Positions 56,767 to 64,000 of a stretch of DNA of 64,000 bases are shown here, one piece after another. Each line of letters opens with the position of its first letter. Position 1 is the stretch's first letter. A program made the translations under genes and the position numbers. The stretch lies in the NCBI RefSeq assembly GCF_009914755.1, contig NC_060934.1; one strand, 5' to 3'. This DNA is from the human T2T-CHM13v2.0 reference genome, Homo sapiens. The notes beneath the pieces were generated by a model. The model was not told the origin of the DNA and made no database searches. It was given only the letters and a program-made list of their open reading frames with translations.

Positions 56767-57199
56767 AATTTGATATGTTGTGTTTTCATCATCATTCAGT
56801 TTTAAACTACCAATTTCCCATTTCGATCTTTTTTTTACCCATGCATTATTTAGAAGCACAATTCAGAGACAGAATTAAATGCAAATGGGGGAATAAACAC
56901 CCACAGTAGAGCTTGCTCTGGAGCCCAGCTCAGTGTGGACAGTCAGGCAGAAAATCAATAGGAAAGAGTCGAGTGCGGCAGGTCACAGTGGCAATGGACA
57001 CTGATAACATTATTTCCAGAAAGAGGATTTCACCATGAGTGAGAAAATATAAAACAGGTCAGAGTCCTCATAAGTTGGAGTACTGATTACTGAATAATTT
57101 AAATAAACAGACTTGAAAATGTTCAGAACCAAAGAGGTAATCCTGGAAGACCCTGTTCTACGGAAGAGGTGGTAGCTAGAAAGAGAGAAGCATCTCTGG

Positions 57200-58470
57200 G
57201 TGGGTTGGTGGTAAACGAAGAAGGAAGCAGGTAGAGGGAATTCACAATTCTATCAAAAAGAAAGAGAACTGATGAATCAGAAGACATTTTAACTTTCTTC
57301 ATTCATGATTTTATCTCCAACAAAATTCTCTCTGTACCAAGAGAGAAGGATGCTCTTGAACTAGAAAACCTAGTAGCCTCTCTAAAAGTTTTTAATCTTC
57401 CCATCTAGAGGGGGATCAGTTGCTGATCTAGAAAAATAGAAGACATTTTAAAAGGAAAGAATGGCAGAAAAAAGGCAGAAAGTCATACAAGCATAAATAG
57501 AAAATAGAAAGTGAGATGCAATATCATTAAATAAATGATAATAAAACATTTCTCTAAAACAAAAATGAAACAAAAAAACTGTAACATAATACTCTAACAA
57601 AAATTAAATACTATTAAACAAGAATATGCAGATATTAAAGAGCTTCTTTATTCCAAATGTAAAACTTTGAGTTAAAATTAAAAACCCAGAAGAAAAATGA
57701 CCCAAAAAATGTTAAAAGAAAAAGAAGTAAAATAAGAACTGATCAACTTCAGGACAGAATTTGTAAGAAAAGGACAGTCTAAGAAATGAAGAATAAATAA
57801 TATGTTTCCATGGGATAATGAAGTGAAATAATAAAACAGAATAATAAGAAATAAATACAATTAAGATAGTGGTTAAAAAGATCAGAAAAAAATACAAATG
57901 GAAGACAGGCAAAGAAGATCCAAAATACCTATTATTGGAATCTCTGAAGCAGAAAGACAAAATATGAAATGAAACTAATATTTACAACTGTAATTTAAAA
58001 AGTCTGTAAATGAAAGAGATCCTTATCTGTATATCAATATTTTACCCTGTATGTTTGGAAAGTGAACCAGTAATGTTCAACTCTGAGATATATCCTTGTG
58101 AAACTTTTACAATTTAAAGGTCAGGATAAAAAAATATCCTCTGGGCCCCCAGGCAAAAAAGATCATACAGCCAAGAAAGGAAATAAAATCATTTTGGCAT
58201 CAGAATGCTTTCCAGCAACCTGCAAAGCAAGAAGAAAGAGGAAAAATGAATTCAAGAAACAGAAGGAAAGAAAGTGATAGCCAAAGCCTTTATGTCCAAA
58301 TACACTGTTCTCCAAGCTATCAGAACTTTAAAATTTTTTTTTAAATATTCAAAACTCCAGGAATACCATCACAGAGCTCTTCCTGAACACACTCTGAGAG
58401 ATAAGCTTCAGCTTTACCAAGAGTGATAGGGAGTTTTTCAGCAAAAGGACAGTGAGGACCATGAGCATTG
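57200..58470 (+). mobile_element. HAL1 / ancient L1 ORF1-like relic
   Basis: A-rich; gaagacaggcaaagaagatccaa..attggaatctctgaag; ttggcatcaga..cagcaac..aaagcaagaaga are ORF1 RRM/CTD-like traces. Confidence 0.6.
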
Positions 58471-59089
58471 AACCTGCTCCAAGGAAGGTCCAGGCTCTGC
58501 TTTGCTTGACCTCTAAACCAGCTTGACTTTCAGAAATGCAGCTCAGATGGGCAGACCTAGGATCAACCAGGCAGGGATGTGAGTGTAGGCTGTGTGCAAG
58601 CTGCTCAACTGTTAAAAAACAAACTAAAAACATGTTGCTCATTTCAATAGGAAAATATGTTCTCCATGGATTCCTTCCACAGCTGTGGCTGCTTAAGATA
58701 ACAGACAGTCCAATGACAGTAATGAAAAGCACAGAGGGCAGAAAGCTGCAACCTGCCCATGAACATTTGCAGAGGAGAATTTGTGAATTTGAGGCATACA
58801 GGCAGGAGCAGACTGTCTTGTGTAGAGAAATCAACAAAGAAGATGAGAGATTCTAATTGTTTTCGGCATTCTTCCCTTGGGTATTTGAATCTCTCTATTG
58901 GTTGACAAAGACAACATTCTGTACCCTTCCATATTATGTTAAATTTGTGGGAGGATGTGCTCTTTGGGTTTCATAAACATCCGAAGCCCACATAGCATTT
59001 TTTTTTTGGTGCTGGTAATAGGAAATGGGCATCCCTGAATGGTTTTAAGGATTTCCTCCCTCTGTTTAACTTCTGGTAATATAAACCCT

Positions 59090-59340
59090 ACTATGTAAAG
59101 CTTGTCCTTCTACTAGAAGAATTGGCATCATCAGGGAGCTTGTTAGAAACATGAATCTGTCTGCATTTTTAAAGTGTGTCTCAAACTAGAATATACATCA
59201 AATTATCTGGGGATCTTGTTAAAAAGCAGATTTTGGTTCAGAAGTCTAGGGTGGGGCCTGAGATTCTGTATTTCTAACAAGCTCTCAGGTGATTTCATTG
59301 CTGCGGGCCCTTGTACTACACCAGATTACTTATGCTCAAC
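59090..59340. mobile_element. MER5A-like MITEs
   Basis: ggagcttgttagaaa; aggtctagggtggggcctgagattctgtatttctaacaagctc.caggtgat. Confidence 0.75.
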
Positions 59341-59718
59341 TCCCTTCCTGAGTATTTGTTAAAGAATCTTTTCTGATATCCCGTGGCAAACTAGTGTCCT
59401 GTGTTTCTCTATAAATATCTAACAAGAGTAGTAAGGTACCATAACTGGAGAGACTCTCCTGCTACTCTTCCGAGGACCCAGGCCTAGGTATTGTATGCTG
59501 TGGTTGTTCTAGACTAGATTTCCCTTTGCTGGTATTCTTAGGAGGTCACAAAGGGTCACAAATCACATTAGCCCATAGCTGTCTTGAAGTGTTTAATAAT
59601 CTTGTTTATTGCATAGATTTAAGAGAGGGCTGGCTCTTAATATATAGGAGAATTTATTTTGCAAGACATCAGTAGGAGTATAATCAAGAGTAATCTCACA
59701 AACATAAAAATAGGGCTT

Positions 59719-60011
59719 TTTTTTTTTTTTTTTTTTTTTTTGGTCAGGGTTTTACTTGCATCACCCAGGCTAGAGTGCAATGGTGTGATCTCGCCTCACT
59801 GCAACCTCCACTTCCCAGGCTCAAGTGATTGTTCTGTCTCAGCTTCCTGAGGAGCTGGAACTGCAGGCACACACCACCACACCCAGCTAATTTTTGTATT
59901 TTTTTGTAGAGACAGGGTTTTGCCTGGTATCAAACTCCTGAGCTCAAGTGATATGTCCACCTCAGCCTACCAAAGTACTGTGATTACAGGCATAAGCAAC
60001 CGCACCAGACC
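59719..60011 (-). mobile_element. AluJb-like with a small internal deletion
   Basis: Antisense dimer, ctcctgagctcaagtgat; TSD aaaatagggctt. Confidence 0.9.
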
Positions 60012-60155
60012 CAAAATAGGGCTTCTTGATCTTGATTGTTCATTATAATCATATGGGGCCTTTACAAATGCTGTTTTCTAGGCCTCACCTCAGAGACAGT
60101 GAATCAGCATGGGGGTAGGTAACAGGTGTTTGCATTTTAAAAACTTTATGGGGGT

Positions 60156-60335
60156 TGTCTGGGCGTGATGGCACACACCTACATTCCAGGTACTCAGGAG
60201 GCTGAGGCAGGAAGATTGCTTGAGCCCAGGAGTTTGAAGTTACAGTGAGCTATGATTGTGTCATTGCACTCCAGCCTAGGCAACAAAGTGAGACCTTGTC
60301 TCTAAAAAATAAATAAGTAAACAAATGAAAATAAA
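60156..60335 (+). mobile_element. Free Alu monomer (FRAM/FAM-like) inside a MER5
   Basis: Right-arm-only sequence with its own degenerate TSD aaaa.tt.atggg. Confidence 0.85.
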
Positions 60336-60439
60336 AATTTCATGGGCGATTTTGATGCATAGTCACTTGAGAACAAAGCTCTGTGTAAACAATTCCCCTA
60401 GAGTTGTATAAACTGGTGGTACAAGGTCAAACAGATGAC

Positions 60440-61800
60440 AAAGGGGCAAAGATAGCAAGAATACAGAAGATTCAAATGGCCCAATTAACAAGTTCAATTT
60501 AATGGAGAAACAGAACTGTGCACTCAGTAATTGGAAACTACACATTTTTTCAAACATACATTAATAATTACCAAAATTGTACATGTAATGGGGTATTAAT
60601 CAAACCTCAACAAATGTAAAAGAATGATCAGTACACAGATCATATTTCCTATCAATAATGCAATTATATTAGATTTCAACAATAAAAACTTTTTTTTACT
60701 GAAAAAGCCCTACATGTTTAGACATGAAAAATACACACTTCTAATATACACAATTTGACTTAGGTCAAAGATAAAATCATAATAAATATTAGAAAATGTT
60801 TAGAGTGGAAAAATGAAACCGCTAAATATTGAAGTTTGTAAAATGCAGATAAGCGGTAATTCAAGAGAAACTTGAAAGTTTAAATGCTCATATTAGGAAA
60901 AAAGAAAATTTGAAAATCTATAAACTAAGAATCCAACTTAAGAAATTTGAAAGTGAATATCAAACTACAGACAAAGAAAAAGAAAAAAGAAATACAATGC
61001 ATAGTTAGTTTTTTAAAAACTCACTTGAAAATGTTCAGAAAGATTGAATAAAGAAATAAAATCAGTATTAAGAATAAAAAAAGGAGGGCATGCCAAAATA
61101 TATAATAGAGATTAAAAATTAATAAGGTCACACAATGGTACTTTATAAACTTGAAAAAGGAAGCAAAATTACTAGAAAGTAGAATTCATTAAAATTGAGT
61201 CAAAAAGGAAAAAATAAATTAACAAAATTAAATCAGAGACTAAAAAATATCTACACTGAAAATGCAAAAACAAAAACAACGGCAACAACAACAAAAGACT
61301 GACAGTTTTGCATTTGAATTCTACCAAATACTTAAGTAACAGACAATTCTAAGAGTATACATATTCCATTAGAGAATATAATCTTATTTTATAGGAATAA
61401 TAACAAAGCCGTGTGAGGACAGTATAAGAAACAAAATTATAGGCCAATCCCACTCATGAATTGGGAGCAAAAGTCTGAAAAATTTTTCAAATAAATTCTT
61501 AATATATAAAAAGATAATGTATCATATCTGATATGAATTATCCACGAAAGCATGGATAATTTAACATTAGAACACCTGTTACTGTATTTCACCACATTAA
61601 GGACTAAAGGAGAAAAACACGTCAATAGATACAGAGAATCTATCCGTACTATTCACATGTAGTCAGTAATAAAATCCCTAGAAAACTAGTAATAGATGGA
61701 AGCTCCTGAATCTCATAAAGGATATCTATCAATAACTGATTGCATGTAAGTTATTCACTTATAAAAATCTAGAACTGTTTCCTTTAAAATCAGAAGCAAT
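60440..61800 (+). mobile_element. Ancient L1M ORF2 relic
   Basis: aaacctcaacaaat..aaagaat; gaattctaccaaatacttaag; aaattataggccaatcccactcatgaa. Confidence 0.75.
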
Positions 61801-61807
61801 ATACGTA

Positions 61808-64000
61808 GCTTTCAGTGTGCCTCAGCCACTTGGAAATAGCCAAATAGCATGTAAAGATCAACTCTATGACACTTAATTCAAGAAGGAAAATGGAAATTCA
61901 CCAGGATAGTGAAGGACACATCAAACCTCGTGAAGAGAAGGTGGCAAAGCAGCCACTCTACGGTGTTTCGCTTACAAAGTGAGTGAAGCCTCAGTACATG
62001 AGAGGAGTAGCCACTCTCCCGGTGTGGCTCTCACTTTTCACTAGGGATCGGTGCAACCCAGGCCAAGGGAGAACACCCTGTTTCTCCCAAGCCCAGGAAT
62101 TAGCATGGGGAAGGGCTGAAAGACACAGAGAGGGAAAGATAACTAGGAAAATCTGCAGGCATTTTCCCAGACATAGACTGAGAGAAGGACGCCATTTTTA
62201 ATCTGGGATCTTACAGTCAATGTTTGGCAATGGTGGCCACTGCAGACATTTTAGTCTTCGGCCAAAGATTAGAGTGCTTGCTGTGTAGCAGGGGAAGGAC
62301 CCCCACAGTCAGAACTGAGTGGCGAATGTGGAGAGTGCCCCAGCAGTAGGCATGGAATTGGGCTCTTTCCTGTTGCAGGACTGGAATGGGAGGAGAGTTA
62401 TGGGAGAGAGAGAGAGAGATGGGAGATAAAGCGATGATTCTCCTGGGTGGTGTGACTTGGAGTCAGGGACAGCTTTGCCACATGGAACCAGTCTGCATGT
62501 GTCATTGCTGGGCACCCCAGTCTGCTCCCTTGATCATTTGTGGGAGAGTGCTCCACCAGCTCTGTGGAGAGGGAGGGAGGCAGATCCCATTTGCTTTGAG
62601 ATCCAATCCTTGTGAGGACAGCCCCTAAGGGTGTGGGGGGAACAAAACCCACCAAAGCCCAAGGAAACAAGAGCACAGCACCAGCTGCTAAAGGGTGCAA
62701 AACCAAAGGCCAGGAACAGACTTGGAGTGGGGGTCATCTCTTGACCCCAGCCCTCCTGGCAAATGCACTGTTGTGGATGTGGCAGCAGCTCTTCTCATTA
62801 GATTTCTAGGAGTGTGGGCTGAAAGAGGCACTTATTGGGCTTTTCCAGTTGCTCCACCTCTGCTGAACACCAGCTGTGCTGGGGGAGGGTGATTTTTGAC
62901 TTCTCCCTTAGCACCCCCATCTGGACTGAGGGTGAATAGATGCAGAGTAAGTCTCCAACTGTCTCTTACTCTTAAGTCCCATGCACTGGACTGCAGCCTG
63001 TATTACACCATCAAGCAAAAATATATTCCTACACCAAGCAATGTCTGAGAAAGCCAACATGGTAAACTCTCTGAAACCAAGGAACCCATATAGAGCTGTG
63101 GGCCTCTGAGAGTACTCAGAAATGAAGCCTATCAATCATATACAACATACACCACAGTCATACCCTCAAGAGAAAAAAGGATAAAAAAATCAAAAAGTCC
63201 CATCCAAATGATAGCAAATTAAAAAAAGAAATGTCAGCTCCCTCAGATAAGAAGGGACCAGTGCAAGAACTCTGAAAATACAAAAAGTCAGAGTGTTTTG
63301 TCACCTCCAAAGGAACACAATAGCTTCCCAGCAATGGATCCTAATCAAAATGAAATGTTTGAAATGACAGATTCATAACTCAGAATATGGGAGGCAAGAA
63401 AACCTAATGAGATCCAAGAGAAAGCTGAAATCCAACACAAAGAAAACAGAAAAATGATCAGGATTTGAAAGATGACATAGCTATATTAAGAAAGAATCAA
63501 ACAGAACTTCTGGAATTGAAAAATTTACTATAGGAATTTCAAAATACAACAGACTAGAGAAAGCAGAAGAAAGAATTTCAGAGCTCTGAGACCAATCCTT
63601 TGTATCAACCCAGTCAGACATGAATAAAGATAAAAGAAACAAAAGAATTAACAAAGCCCTTGAGAAATATGGGATAATGTAAAGTGATCAAATCTACCAC
63701 TTACTGTCATTCCAGAGAGAAGAAGATAAATTCAACAACTTGGAAAACATATTTGAAGATATAATTCAGGAAAATTTCCCCAGTTTTGCTAGAGAGGTTG
63801 ACATGTGGACACAAGAAATCAAAAGAACTCCTGTAAGATACTATACAAGATGCATCCCCAAGGTACATAATCATCAGACTATCCAAGGTCAACACAAAGG
63901 GAAAAATCTTTAAGGTGGCTGGAGAAAAGGGCCATATTACCTATAAAGGAAAACCTGTCAGACTAACAGCAGACTTCTCAGCAGAAACTTTACAAGTGAG
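61808..64000 (+). mobile_element. L1 (L1PB/L1MA-age) 5'UTR and degraded ORF1, running off the window
   Basis: GC-richer 5'UTR, then gaaatatgggataatgtaaagtga, ataattcaggaaaatttcccca, cagactaacagcagacttctcagcagaaac (ORF1 hallmarks). Confidence 0.85.

Noticed and set aside
58349-58856. Overlapping 162-aa and 106-aa ORFs
   Set aside because: No recognisable protein similarity; partly overlaps the HAL1 relic

Overview
This is hominid (human or great-ape) non-coding DNA. The evidence is AluY/S/J elements and an L1PA2-type insertion. No protein-coding exon, tRNA/rRNA gene or CpG island is supported; every ORF in the track is Alu-, L1-, ERV- or microsatellite-derived, or a chance frame. More than half of the window is transposon debris. 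The first 15 kb is one nested structure: a formerly full-length L1PA15/16-like element (2821-15111, - strand) carrying an LTR8-type ERV1 provirus (GGGG TSD, 3' LTR mostly deleted, PBS not recognisable). The provirus carries a young L1PA3-like fragment with a composite tail; the host L1 also carries a MER1B with an adjacent deletion and a hairpin/templated-insertion repair scar. Further nests occur at 28.7-30.6 kb (MST in MLT1 in L1MC), 37.1-38.2 kb (Alu in MER2 in MLT2) and 51-57 kb (L1PA2 in the tail of a 5'-inverted L1). I found no convincing new biological system. The best leads are: a repeat-poor 41.5-46 kb block with two well-formed minus-strand non-coding exon candidates plus RFX and CTCF-like motifs; a possible 3-nt microexon at 33356-33358; a MADE1 hairpin whose substitutions preserve + strand pairing (miR-548-like); and the repair scar at 10.9 kb. 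Repeat family names come from recalled consensus sequences, not a database search. Boundaries of old repeats are approximate.
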